A DNA stretch of 64,000 bases from contig OX597815.1 of assembly GCA_951406725.2 (NCBI GenBank), positions 204,848,001 to 204,912,000 of the forward strand, in the 5' to 3' direction. Below are positions 41,291-52,966 of this stretch, in pieces. The notes under the pieces were generated by a model. That model saw only the letters and a program-made list of their open reading frames with translations, was not told the origin of the DNA and ran no database searches. This stretch comes from Octopus vulgaris (taxonomy: Eukaryota). Position numbers and translations under genes: made by a program. Numbering within the stretch: position 1 is the stretch's first letter; the number at the start of each line of letters is the position of its first letter.

Positions 41291-41309
41291 AGCGAGACGA
41301 TACCATTAG

Positions 41310-42810
41310 TGCCAGAGTCTTTAATAACACCATCCGCTTGGTGGCTGAAGTTTAACCGAACGTGGAAGGTTCGCTCCTCTGGGAGAGATGTCCCACTCCA
41401 TCTGTCTGGTGAAAAAGCCAACATTTCCCGACACGCAAATTTCCTTCTATAATATGGAATCAAGGCTGAAGAAATGCTATGCACCCCCCACCATCAGGAT
41501 TTTACGAGGAGGCTTTCCCGCCTCTCCTTTGTGGAGAGAGAGAAGAGGAGAACACTGTTGTTACGAAAGAAAATACAATTATTTCAAGTACTAACGCCAC
41601 CAATACCAGTCCCTCTAATGATAAATACTCGAAAACCATGAATGGTGATAGTCGAGGGCTCGCGTCGGCGGCAAAAGTTAATCAAGAGAAGTTAAACCTT
41701 AGTATGGAAGAATTGAAAAAATACAAATGCCTACTACAATTTTAGTCTACCTCCTCCCCGCCTATGAAATCACGCAACACACCTTGCGTAAAACGATCAC
41801 ATACAAAACTCTCTCTTTAAAAACATGAAAATAGAACGCGCCTCAAAGAACTAATCGAATAATTCCTTCAGCCCATGTGGAGAAGGACCTATGTGGAAAG
41901 GAGTAAAATAAAATTGGCACTGTGGAGGTAAGATTGGCTTCAGAAGAGGAAGCCAAAAAACACTCTACAGTGACACTAAAAACTACCGAACTAGTGCTAC
42001 TACCAACTTATTTAGGAAGACGAACATCAAAAATGAAAATTGGGAAGGTGCCCCCAGAGATAAACGTCGTATGGGTTGTGGTGGCTATCCCGTTGGACCT
42101 GGAAAGTAACATAAATATCCTACAAGTTACCAAACTCCACAAGCAAAACTGATGGGGTCAAGGCATAGAATTTATAATTCAAGCCACGCAACAAGATCTT
42201 GAAGCTCTACCCGACCAAATCAAACTTCCAGATGGAATAGCTATGCGCGTTGTGGTGAGGGACGCAGACCCAGATGTTACAAATGTGGGAAGAAGGTGCT
42301 TATCAAGGTCACCTACTCACGGGAATCCACAGTAATGGGCCACCCTCCACCAAACGAACAACCACAGCAGATCCCAGTGAGGACCATCATAAACCAAGAC
42401 ACAGGCCTCCTCAGCACCTGAGGGTCAGGCCGAAGCCGGGCTACGTGCAGATGAACCTGCAAAATCCACAGCAAGCCCAACCCCAGCAATAAGAACTAAG
42501 GAGGTGCCCACGGGGGAGGGTGCACATCCAGACTGCACACCCACCAACGCCAGTGCAATAAAGGACACCCAAAGCACTAAGGATTACCCTACGTCAGATG
42601 CAGGCCCGACTGCTACCAACACCGACTGGAAGGAGCTCTCCACAAAAAAAAAGAAAAGAAAAGAACCCTTCGTCAGCACACCACTGCACCACAGACATGC
42701 ACCACCTGCATGCACACCTACTACACTTACACATCCAGCACCAGCACCACAACCCCAATACACCGTTATCAACCTCACTGCCATCTACACAAAAATACAG
42801 ACCTACTAGA
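41310..42810 (+). mobile_element. Degenerate gag-like ORF1 of a non-LTR element
   Basis: Broken frames: LLPTYLGRRTSKMKIGKVP, then GRRPRCYKCGKK (CCHC-knuckle remnant) near 42260-42300, then a Pro/Thr/Lys-rich tail. Confidence 0.6.
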
Positions 42811-44298
42811 ACTTTAATATTAATTCAATTTTAAAATATTTAGTCACTCTTCAGGTTTAAAAAATAACATAAATAAAATTAGATATTATAAAACAATAAA
42901 TATATAAATATATGTATATTAACAGTAAATAATTCAATAAAATTTAACAATATATAATATATATACATATATATATCAGTATGATATTTGGCTCTACCAA
43001 ATAAACTAAATACTGATTTCAAAATGTGTAAAACGCCCAACAGTGTTTTGTACTTACCCGAATAAACTTCTTGAGTATGTGGATATTTTGAAAATACCTC
43101 ATGGAGTGACGATCATGCTCTGCATAGTTATGAGCTGCCCCTTGGCAAAGCATAGCACCCGTTCATTCAACCGGCCAGGGATACAGCGATGTCATGGTAC
43201 TGCAGCATGGCAGATTGTAAAGAGGCTGCGGAAGAGCTCAACTGAGCCAACGATGATTCTTAAATTGATGCTGATCGGTTGAATCCTAGAAGATCAACGG
43301 TCAGTATCGCCAAGCCCCATCAAGAGAGTAATTGCAACATATCCATAGGGCGGCATCCATGGTTATGTAATTATCTCGAGAGCTTAAATATGAATAATGG
43401 AATAGAATGGCGACGGAGAATCACGGGCATCCGTGCAAACAGCGCAACCAGATGAAATACACCCTACTTACCGTTATCCACCACCATTTGTTGTGAAGTA
43501 AACAATCGGCCAATGGCGCCACCTATTGCGAATAACCGATTGTGAAAATGTCTGTTAAAGTTGTGGCTGACCAACTATGGCCGTATTCAGTTTCTAAATA
43601 TCAAAGTTGAATATATATCGAACTATGGCTCCAACTGCAGAGAGAATGAAATATTTCGCTACGTTCAAATTGAAAGTCGTTATGTTTGCGAGGTCTTAAA
43701 AAAATGCTGCAGCAAATAAATACGTTTGGAGTGAATGATAAGTTTGTGCATGATCAGAGGACACACCAAGCCACTCTGAATAAGGTAAGAAAGAAAACTG
43801 TACATCTATAACTGGTATTTGTCTCTGGACTGAATTAGAAATTAAACTTTGATTTTGAATAAATAAAATTGATCAATCTTCAAAAGTTATACAGTTACTC
43901 TATCTAATGTAGATAATCGGGTACTTAAGGGGTGAAAACCATATCCATATGAAAGCAAAGACGCTTGAAGCAAAGACAAAGAACTCGTTTCGCTTTAAGA
44001 ACGATTTGATATTGCGACAGATGACAAAAATTGAACAGAAAACTCATCACACTTTGTAGAAAATATACAAATTTCCACAGATATATCATAAGACAGAGGA
44101 AACAATTCGATCACCCAAGTTTGGTAAACTGAATGAAACCTCTTAATTTTTAAATATTGACAATAAAACAGTTGACAAAATAGGCAGAAAAAAACAAACA
44201 AAACAAACATGTCATGAAAAAAAAACTAAGTGAGCTGTAGTACTAACCACAGAGAGAACCGAATAGACTGGTATTTATTTTTAAATGAAGAACTTTGC

Positions 44299-45151
44299 CA
44301 AACATACATACATACATAAACACATATATATCATGAACTAATTGTTACTTTCTCAGATGCAGCACTCTCTCTCTCTCTCTCTCCCTCTATTTACTCTTTT
44401 CCTTGTTTCAGTCATTTGACTGCGGCCATGCTGCAGCACCGCCTTTAGTCGAGCAAATCGACCCCGGGACTTATTCTTTGTAAGCCCAGTACTTATTCCT
44501 ATCGGTCTCTTTTGCCGAACCGCTAAGTGACGGGGACGTAAACACACCAGCGTCGGTTGTCAAGCAATGCTAGGGGTACAAACACAGACACACAAACACA
44601 CACATACATATACATATATATACATATATACGACAGGCTTCTTTCAGTTTCCGTCTACCAAATCCACTCACAAGGCATTGGTCGGCCCGGGGCCGGGGCT
44701 ATAGCAGAAGACACTTGCCCAAGATGCCACGCAGTGGGACTGAACCCGGAACCATGTGGTTGGTTAGAAAGCTACTTACCACACAGTGAGTGGATTTGGT
44801 AGACGGAAACTGAAAGAAGTCTGTCGTATATATGTATATATATATGTATATGTATGCGTGTGTTTGCGTGTCTGTGTTTGTACCCCTAGCATTGCTTGAC
44901 AACCGATGCTGGTGTGTTTACGTCCCCGTCACTTAGCGGTTCGACAAAAGAGACCGATAGAATAAGTACTGGGCTTACAAAGAATAAGCCTCGGGGTCGA
45001 TTTACTCGACTAAAGGCGGTGCTCCAGCATGGCCGTAGTCAAATGACTGAAACAAGTAAAAGAGTAAAGAGAGAGAGAGAGTGCTGCATCTGAGAAAGTA
45101 ACAATTAGTTCATGATATATATGTGTTTATATATGTATGTATGCATGTTTG
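44299..45151. repeat. Inverted duplication (arms about 370 bp, 114-bp spacer)
   Basis: Arms 44299-44671 and 44786-45151 include both SINE and unique flank (catgaactaattgttactttctcagatgcagcac). Confidence 0.93.
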
Positions 45152-45299
45152 TATAATGCATGTATGTGAGCATTTACGTATGTAAGTGTGTAGACGTATC
45201 TGCGTGTGTGTATTTGTGTATGTGCATGTAAATGTATGTTTATGTACTGATTTGTGCGACTGTTCAAGTTGTATATATATGTACATATATATACATATA

Positions 45300-45388
45300 T
45301 ATGTTCCATACACAGGATCTCAGATCAAATCACTTGATATATAAACTATGCCCTTTTAATCTCGAGCAACGCCGGGTATCACTGCTAG
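45300..45388 (+). mobile_element. Helitron 3' end
   Basis: ctcgagcaacgccgggtatcactgCTAG|T; 5' limit not resolved. Confidence 0.6.
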
Positions 45389-45435
45389 TATATGTATATA
45401 TATGTGTGTGTGTATGTATATACATACACATATAC

Positions 45436-45491
<56 letters not shown>

Positions 45492-47923
45492 CAGTATTTA
45501 GTTTATTTGGTAGAGCCATAATCCGTTTTCTCTATATGTAACGACAAGGTGGAAATAAAGTGAAAACATGCTCTGCCAGAATTGAAAGCCGATCACCAGC
45601 TGTTTTCCCTAATACCAGAGCTATACTCTAAATCCCAGGATAAATATGAAAATGAATAATACTAAAGCGAAAATGGATTACCTTCTCTGCTCTACTTCAG
45701 AATTTGTTGTCTTTACAAAAATATACACTTATAATAAATCTATTTATTGACTATTAATTCCAAGATACATTCAACATTGCAAGAGTCTTGGAGTCAAGAG
45801 TAAGGACTGGTTGTGCTTAATCCTTATGCAAATTTCATTTCTTACTCTATACAAATTCACTCCAGTTACGCTGCTAAAAGCTCTTGATGGCTGTAGATTT
45901 GTACAGTGTTATCTTAATATAGTCGCAATACAAGTAAGCTTTTAAGCTCAGAAATTTTGCCTAACTGCCAGGACAAGAAATTATATCGAACTAACAACAG
46001 TCGCCTTAAATAGAATCAAACTTGTGCAAGTGACAAACTGCATGCAATAATATTAGCAAAACAGTTACATCTCTCCGAAACAAATGGGTTTAATCCCTTT
46101 CGCTATTCGAGTAATACATCTTACATCATTTCTTATAATTGTTCCTGAATCAGCTACCAAATTAAGTTCTTTATAGAGGCTGGACTGTCATTCAACGGCG
46201 CAGAGGAGAGGTGTGTGATTCAGTATTCTGTTCACTATCAGATATAAAAGACAGTTATTTGTGACTTCGTTTGTTTGATCTGAAGGAGCTAATATACACT
46301 AAAGGATCACAATTGTATTATCTCTTACTTGATATATAAATCTAGTTCGTTGCAGTTACCATTTCTTCTCTATCGAAACTAAAAGGAACTACAGTGTCAT
46401 AAGACATTCGCATTGATGATTGTATATGTCTACCCATTTTAGCAAATGTACCAAGAAGTTTCCCGAGTAAAAGGTTGTCCAACAACTCAAAAGAATGCGA
46501 CTTATGCCTCAATAGAAGTTTTACCTGAGTTTTGCTTTGACGAATTGTTTTAACGAGTATTGTCAATAGTCTCTAAATAGCCTCTAAATAGACTCTTTTC
46601 TCTCATCAATTTCCATTAATATGACAAATTCAGGCGTTAAGCTGGCAGAATAAGTAGCACACTGGCTTGACGTTCTGAGTTCAAATGTCGCTGAGGTCGA
46701 CTTTGCCTTTTTATCCTTTCAGAGTAGATAAGATAAGTAGCAGTTGAGCACTGGGCCCAGTGTAATCGACTTATCCATTCCCTTAAAATTACTATGACAA
46801 ATTTTCCTAAAATTTTTATGCGCCTCATATATCAAATTGTTTTCATTATGGATCACATGTTATTTATTTTACTTTATTTAAAGTCATCCAGAAGTTCTGG
46901 AGCCTTATAATTAATTACCTGAATGTTGATGTCAATTTACATTTTAAGGAAGAAATTGAATTTCTCACTGACAATTGCATTCTTTTTGCTTTTATGAGAA
47001 TTTAAAATATTACAGCATTTTCCCTTATAATTTCATCAAACATTTTTATAGATTTACATACTATCTTATTGTAATTCTTTTCCAATACTTAATGCAAGTT
47101 CTAAATGCTTGACATATTGACGTTGCATGCTTATATCCACAAAAGTGTAATTTTATATTAAGTGATGAGATAAAAATTTACATAACCCCTGAAAATTATT
47201 CTTTTTCCCCACATAATACGAATTTAAACAATAGCAACATTTGGAATTAAACTTATACTTGTCTTTTTATCAATATGTGACAATGTTATCATCCATCACA
47301 CTTAATACGAAGTTCAACAACAGTGACGGTTATAATCAGATTTATACTTCTTTTTCTTTAGTTTTGGCTTTTTTATCAATATATGATGACAAAGGTATCA
47401 TCAACGTCATTCTCTCTATCTTTCTTTCTGTTTCAGTCATCTGAAATTTAGAAATCATTTCAAACTGCCGAACCAATTCAATACATAGATTAAGCTTCAG
47501 ACGACCGTTCTGTACATATTCTATTGCGATTGCATGTCGTCCAAGATTCTCATTTTAATCACATCGTCTTTATGTATTCTGTCATATATTTCTAATTTTA
47601 TCAAATTAGAAAATACTCACGTAATCTCTGAAAATATATATTTTTTTCTTTAATTAGTCAAATTTTGATGTAATAAGAATCTGATACTTTCAACAATTAT
47701 CAATCACTTTAGGGGAAGAATTTGATAACTTTATAACGGATTTTATACAGCTAAAATCCATTTGTTTCAAGATCCAGGGATTTCATCATCGCCTAAGCTT
47801 TTAGTATATTCATCATACCTAGTTTAGATAAAAAAAAAGAAACTCTTGTTTATTGTTATCATTAGTGTCCAGATAGTTCGCTCTTGCTAACAGTAAAAAG
47901 CACAGCCAAGCATGTCGTATCTA

Positions 47924-48489
47924 TTGGGTTGTCCGGAAAGTTCGTGCTGATTTATAGTAGCTTACATTTCGACTTATTTTAGAAAATGGTTGAGTCCATA
48001 AAATAGGATTTGACTACGCCTCCATTTAAAGCACAGTTTAAGCTATCTTTTCTTGGAAAAAGGTTTATGTTCCTATAACCTGTGTTAATTCTGTAACCCT
48101 TTAAAATGGAAGATAAGAAAGTTCATTTTCAGCACTTGATGCTTTGGGAACCAGACAAAAATTGCTGCAACTCGGCAGGGGTGTGTTACCACACCCTCCA
48201 TATTCACCAGATACTGCTCTTTCGGATTTGCACTTATTCAGGTCTCTGCAGAACAGTCTTAATGGTAAAAATTTCAATTCCTTGGATGACGTAAAAAGAT
48301 ACCTTGATGAATTCTTTGCCATGAAACCACCTCAATTCTGGGAAGAGGGTATTTTCAAGGGAAAGGAAAGACGGAGACGCATTGTGCAACAAAATGGTTC
48401 ATATATGATTGATTAAAAATGTAACGGCAAGTATTTATTGACCTTTTTCTTTCCTTTAAAAATCGGCACGAACTTTCCGGACAACCCAA
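47924..48489 (+). mobile_element. Non-autonomous, internally deleted mariner (566 bp)
   Basis: TA target duplication on both sides. TIRs ttgggttgtccggaaagttcgtg / cacgaactttccggacaacccaa. Encodes TRQKLLQLG..VLPHPPYSPD..SDLHLFRSLQN. Confidence 0.95.
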
Positions 48490-48840
48490 TATATCATTGA
48501 ATAAAAGATCATTGGTTTTAACCACTGACGCTATTGTGTTGTTAATAGTCGTATATTATCCTTGACATTTTAAAAGTGTCTGTTTTTCTGGTGATAAGCC
48601 AAGCTGTTACATTAACAAGATGCTATTTTAAATAGACCAAATTATGTACAACCTGAAAATTCGTAAAATAATGTGAAAATTACACTACGGTAACAAAAGC
48701 AAATAGTCAAACAGTGTGGATGGGAAATCAATATTCACAATAAGATAAATAAGACAGTGATTTTTAGAGTGGCTAACATTATAATATGCTGGAGAATATC
48801 TTCTTGAATATATAGCTCTTGTGCAGACATCGCTGTATGG

Positions 48841-49314
48841 CTTCGCTACTATTTCTGCGTGATACCTTGGTAAAGTGTCTTCTATCATTGGTTGAGGTAG
48901 ACAATGAATGAAATGCTGGAGATGGAAACGGTATGAAAGCTTATTGAAGGGACCACTCCTGTTCTTGACTAGGAAACCTGGCGGAATTCTGGAACGTCTA
49001 TCACTGCTTCAAGAGGAAAATAAAGGGCAAGCCATTGGGTGTTTTTGCTTTCAATTTTTTTTTCAGTATTTCTGTGTTTCATTAATATGAAACACGGAAG
49101 TTGAAAGCAAAAACACCCAATAGCTTGCCCTTTCTTTTCTCCTTGAAGCAGTGATGGCTGTTCCAGAATTCTGCCAGATTTCCTAGTCAAGAACAGGAGT
49201 GGTCCCTTCAATAGGCTTTCATACCGTTTCCGTCTCCAACATTTCATTTATTGTCTACCTCAACCAATGATAGAAGACACTTTACCAAGGCATCACGCAG
49301 AAATAGTAGCAAAG
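48841..49314. repeat. Near-perfect palindrome (arms about 230-240 bp, 4-nt loop)
   Basis: 48841-49082 is the reverse complement of 49087-49314 apart from scattered substitutions and one short indel. The ORF track shows mirrored ORFs at 48908(+) and 49247(-). Confidence 0.95.
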
Positions 49315-49646
49315 AGTTTTCCCCAATACTTTCAATTTTTTTACATTTTGCTCCCAAATTCCGTGCTTTTTTCCTTCCACATGAGGAAGTGAAAGCTTTT
49401 CCAAAGCTTCACTCTAAACTTTGTATATTTCCCTGTTCAACACAGCCATCTAGTCGCAGGGTGCTGTTAGTTGAGTCCCTTCTGTTTGAAGAATAAAGAT
49501 CAGATCTCTAGTTTGACGATAGGCTCCTCCCTTCCTCACTCTGTAACACAGAAATGCTAAAAAGGTCATAGATGTTGATATTTATCCTATGGCTAAACGA
49601 TTAAAAGTTGGGACTATTTATTGACAAAACATTATTTTTCCTTCAG

Positions 49647-49744
49647 TTCCTAATGGCGACTGGTTCAACTACAATAAAACCTGGTGGGAATGGTCTAAAG
49701 GAAGATCAAATGTTCTCTGGGTGACATATGAAGACGCGAAATCG
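49647..49744 (+). CDS. Cytosolic sulfotransferase, coding exon 3 (absent from the ORF track)
   Basis: Acceptor ttttccttcag|; (V)PNGDWFNYNKTWWEWSKGRSNVLWVTYEDAKS matches the SULT G(S/D)W...YED segment. Donor |gtaagt at 49745. 98 nt, phase 1-0. Confidence 0.93.
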
Positions 49745-50438
49745 GTAAGTAACCTAGCTTTGACCCTTTAATTCAAATTTTATCTCGTCTTTATCTGGTA
49801 CACTTACGCATACACTTCGCGGGTTCGCACACATAATCCACCTTTCGTAATTGGTTCCGAACCTCTGGCAGAGAGACTGCAACATTTTATTATTATATCA
49901 CAAAAGCTAATTTGAAAATCATTGCTCACTGATGAATATTTTTATGATTCGCTGCAATAAAAACAAACAAATCCATATCATAATAAGAATTCAAGCTGTC
50001 CACCTGTCATCCAAGGCAGATAACTGTGAGACATAATACACAAGTTACTTCCTTGTTACTTTAGAAAAATCTTTTATGTCTATATTTTGACATTTGTTTC
50101 TGCTAAATAAATTTTGCGATACATTAAGGTCAACATCGATTTCCTACGGTACACTCATGTTATTACGTTTATAGCACAGAATAATCCGTACGTATGTCAA
50201 GAGATACATAAAGGTTGTAGCTATGAACTGCCGAATCCAACAAACCCACGGTCACAATTTCTACAGTTTGGTGGAGACACATATGGTACATGGTCTCTGT
50301 GGAGCAAATAATCCAAATTCCTTCTGCATGATGGGTGGTTAGTATAGCAAGAAGTGTTTAAGAGAGTATAAGCAATAAATATTAGTTGGAAAATGTAATA
50401 TCGTTGCTTGAGTCCTAAGGAGTCAGGTCGTACTGTCT

Positions 50439-50506
<68 letters not shown>

Positions 50507-50598
50507 TACAAATTTATACATTTATTTTGTGCTAAGCCACTCGGTGTTAAATTAATGGTATTATTAAATTAATATCGATTTTTCACCCTCATTTATAA

Positions 50599-50632
<34 letters not shown>

Positions 50633-50674
50633 GAAAGAATGGAGTCGAACAACGATTTAACAAAATTCCTGTAT

Positions 50675-50755
50675 TCTCGACATATGTTTCGAAGACTGCA
50701 TATTCTTAATTCCGAAGGAATAAAGGGTGCATTATGCCGCCTTCTCATCAGGAAA
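50675..50755 (-). ncRNA. Type I hammerhead ribozyme with intact catalytic core
   Basis: Minus strand reads UUUC-CUGAUGA-GAAGGCGGCAUA...UAUGCAGUCUUC-GAA-AC-AUAU-GU-C-GAGA. Conserved CUGAUGA and GAAA boxes, paired stem II, palindromic ACAUAUGU stem III, GUC cleavage triplet, 4-bp stem I. Confidence 0.8.
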
Positions 50756-50944
50756 GACAAGGAACTTATGTCAGCATCATGACGAACAAAAAATTTTAGA
50801 TGACTGCCCACACGGAGTCCATAGTGATAGCACGTGATTTCCGCCCTTGGCATGTAGCTTCAACTGTGCTTTCTGACGTAAATTTGGTACCCGGGTATCG
50901 GTTAACCGAATTATCCATACTAGGATAATTCATTCAACTACTTA

Positions 50945-51003
<59 letters not shown>

Positions 51004-51050
51004 TGTTTTTGTCTTCCGTGCGAAATAATAATTGTTTTCTTTTAAAACAG

Positions 51051-51216
51051 GACTTGAAATCAGTGACTAAGCAAATAGCAAAGTTCCTTGAAATTCCAGC
51101 TTCCGATGAATTGTGCCAGGCCATTGCTCAAGAATGTACCTTTAAAAAGATGAAAGCGGAGAAGCACAACTTGCTACCTTTCGAGCTACGTGGCGACATG
51201 TCATTTTATAGAAAAG
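51051..51216 (+). CDS. Cytosolic sulfotransferase, coding exon 4
   Basis: Acceptor ttttaaaacag|; DLKSVTKQIAKFLEIPASDELCQAIAQECTFKKMKAEKHNLLPFELRGDMSFYRK(G). Donor g|gtaatc at 51217. 166 nt, phase 0-1. Confidence 0.95.
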
Positions 51217-51985
51217 GTAATCATTTTGAAATCTGTTATTCTTTAAATATTGAATTTGTACGTAGGAAATATCTCAGTTAAAGATTTCCCGCCTGATTTT
51301 GAATTAGAGACTCCATTTTTTATATACTGAATCTTGAAAGGAAACCGACAACATGGCAACGGCTACGAATAGTGTACTAATGCATTTTTTTTAAAATTTT
51401 AGTTATTTCTTTGCATGTCAGAGATTTGCTCTCTGGCACTAAACTGGATAGATATGAGATAAAGTTAAGTCCTCTCTGCGGTCGGTTGACCAGCTAAAAA
51501 ATAACCAAATCGCAATTAAACAAAATGAAAGCAAAAATTCATAAAGGAAAGCTTGACCTTAGATACACCGTGCATGAGGAAAATATGGTGACCTACAGTC
51601 AGATGTGGGTGCACTTCATGCAAACAAAACGTTTCTCTAAAATTTTGACCTCTCACTTTTAAAATCAGCTCTAAAAAATAAAAGGACACATTGGATACTG
51701 TAGTCCTGGATATAATATGTAAATAAAGGATGAGCTAGCCGCTGCTGGAATATCTTGAGGCATAGGTTGGCCCGATCAGATCTGCCCAGAGATAAACAAC
51801 AAGCGAAAGCCATTGAAAAACCTTATCCGTGGTTGTTTGACCTGCTACAAATGGTGAACCGAGAATGTGGTATAAATATTTGTCCAAGGTACTACGTGAT
51901 TTATTCTTAGCATCGAAACCTCATAGCAAACTTTTCCACCACACTTTGCGCCATTATTGATGACAGCATGAGTAAACAAATCAAA

Positions 51986-52382
51986 TCTTTATATATAAAA
52001 GTGAGGTTGTGTGCCGTCTGTCTCCTACGATTTAGATTCCTAACTACTCCCACATTTTGCGGTGCAGTTTAACCAAAACCGGGTATCTTATAGTCGTGAT
52101 TCATATCAAGCCCTTCTGGGTATTAGCGCGCGTCTACGATGAGTCTGCGATTAAAAAAAATTACCATCATTTTTTTCCATTTTAATGCATTTTTTCGCTA
52201 TTATATAAGGGAAGTAACTCTCTAAAAATGTCTACGATGAGTCAACGATTTAAAATAAAATTTACTATCATTTTTTTTCCATTTTTAATGCATTTTTTGC
52301 TATTTTTTGGCTATAACTCTCTAAAAATGCTTATATAGTTATTTCCCTTACAAACCCGAGCAACGCCGGGCGATACTGCTAG
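51986..52382 (+). mobile_element. Non-autonomous Helitron (about 397 bp)
   Basis: A|TC 5' end, subterminal hairpin cccgagcaacgccggg, CTAG|T 3' end, no TSD. Short internal tandem duplication. Confidence 0.9.
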
Positions 52383-52589
52383 TATAGTATAAAGGAAAAT
52401 TATCAGTCGTTCTATTTTTTTAAATACTATTTTAAATAGAACATACACAACGATAAATGAGTCAGATTATTCATTTGTTTGTTTGTTTTCGTTCTTTTTA
52501 GTTTGTCTATTTCGAGTTTTAATCCAAGCATGATGTTTGTTTTCCAATTATTTTTCTCTTTTGATTTTTTTTTTAATTAATTTTTTCAG

Positions 52590-52702
52590 GTCAAGTCGGA
52601 GATTGGAAAAACTGGTTCACTGTGGCTCAGAACGAAGATTTTGACCAGATATGGGACGAAAAAATGAAAGACTGTGATCTCCCGGTCCAATTTACAATTT
52701 AA
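52590..52702 (+). CDS. Cytosolic sulfotransferase, last coding exon
   Basis: Acceptor ttttttcag|; (G)[36 protein letters not shown]. Completes RKGxxGDWK and the KxxxTVxxxE dimerisation motif. TAA at 52700-52702. Exon lengths 172+318+98+166+113 = 867 nt, one open frame. Confidence 0.95.
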
Positions 52703-52960
52703 AAGATGAAATTTAAAGATATTGTAGAACGACTGACATATATTTTAATTACCATTACTCTAATTGTGGAGGTATTGTTTGAACTATAGCATTTGGATAT
52801 GGTATATATATATATTAATGTGATCCTATGTATAGGTGACAACAGTCAAAACAAAAAATTTTTCCCAAGTATTTAACATGATAAGAATTATCTAAAAATG
52901 CGATTACAAAAGTAAGGATTATAATTTTGAGACAGTTGCAATAGTAATAAGGATAATGAT

Positions 52961-52966
52961 AATAAA
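52961..52966 (+). terminator. Candidate polyadenylation signal of the sulfotransferase
   Basis: AATAAA about 260 nt after the stop codon. AT-rich context makes a chance occurrence likely. Confidence 0.3.

Noticed and set aside
48908-49247. Pair of similar ORFs MKCWR... on opposite strands
   Set aside because: A consequence of the palindrome, with no evidence of coding function.
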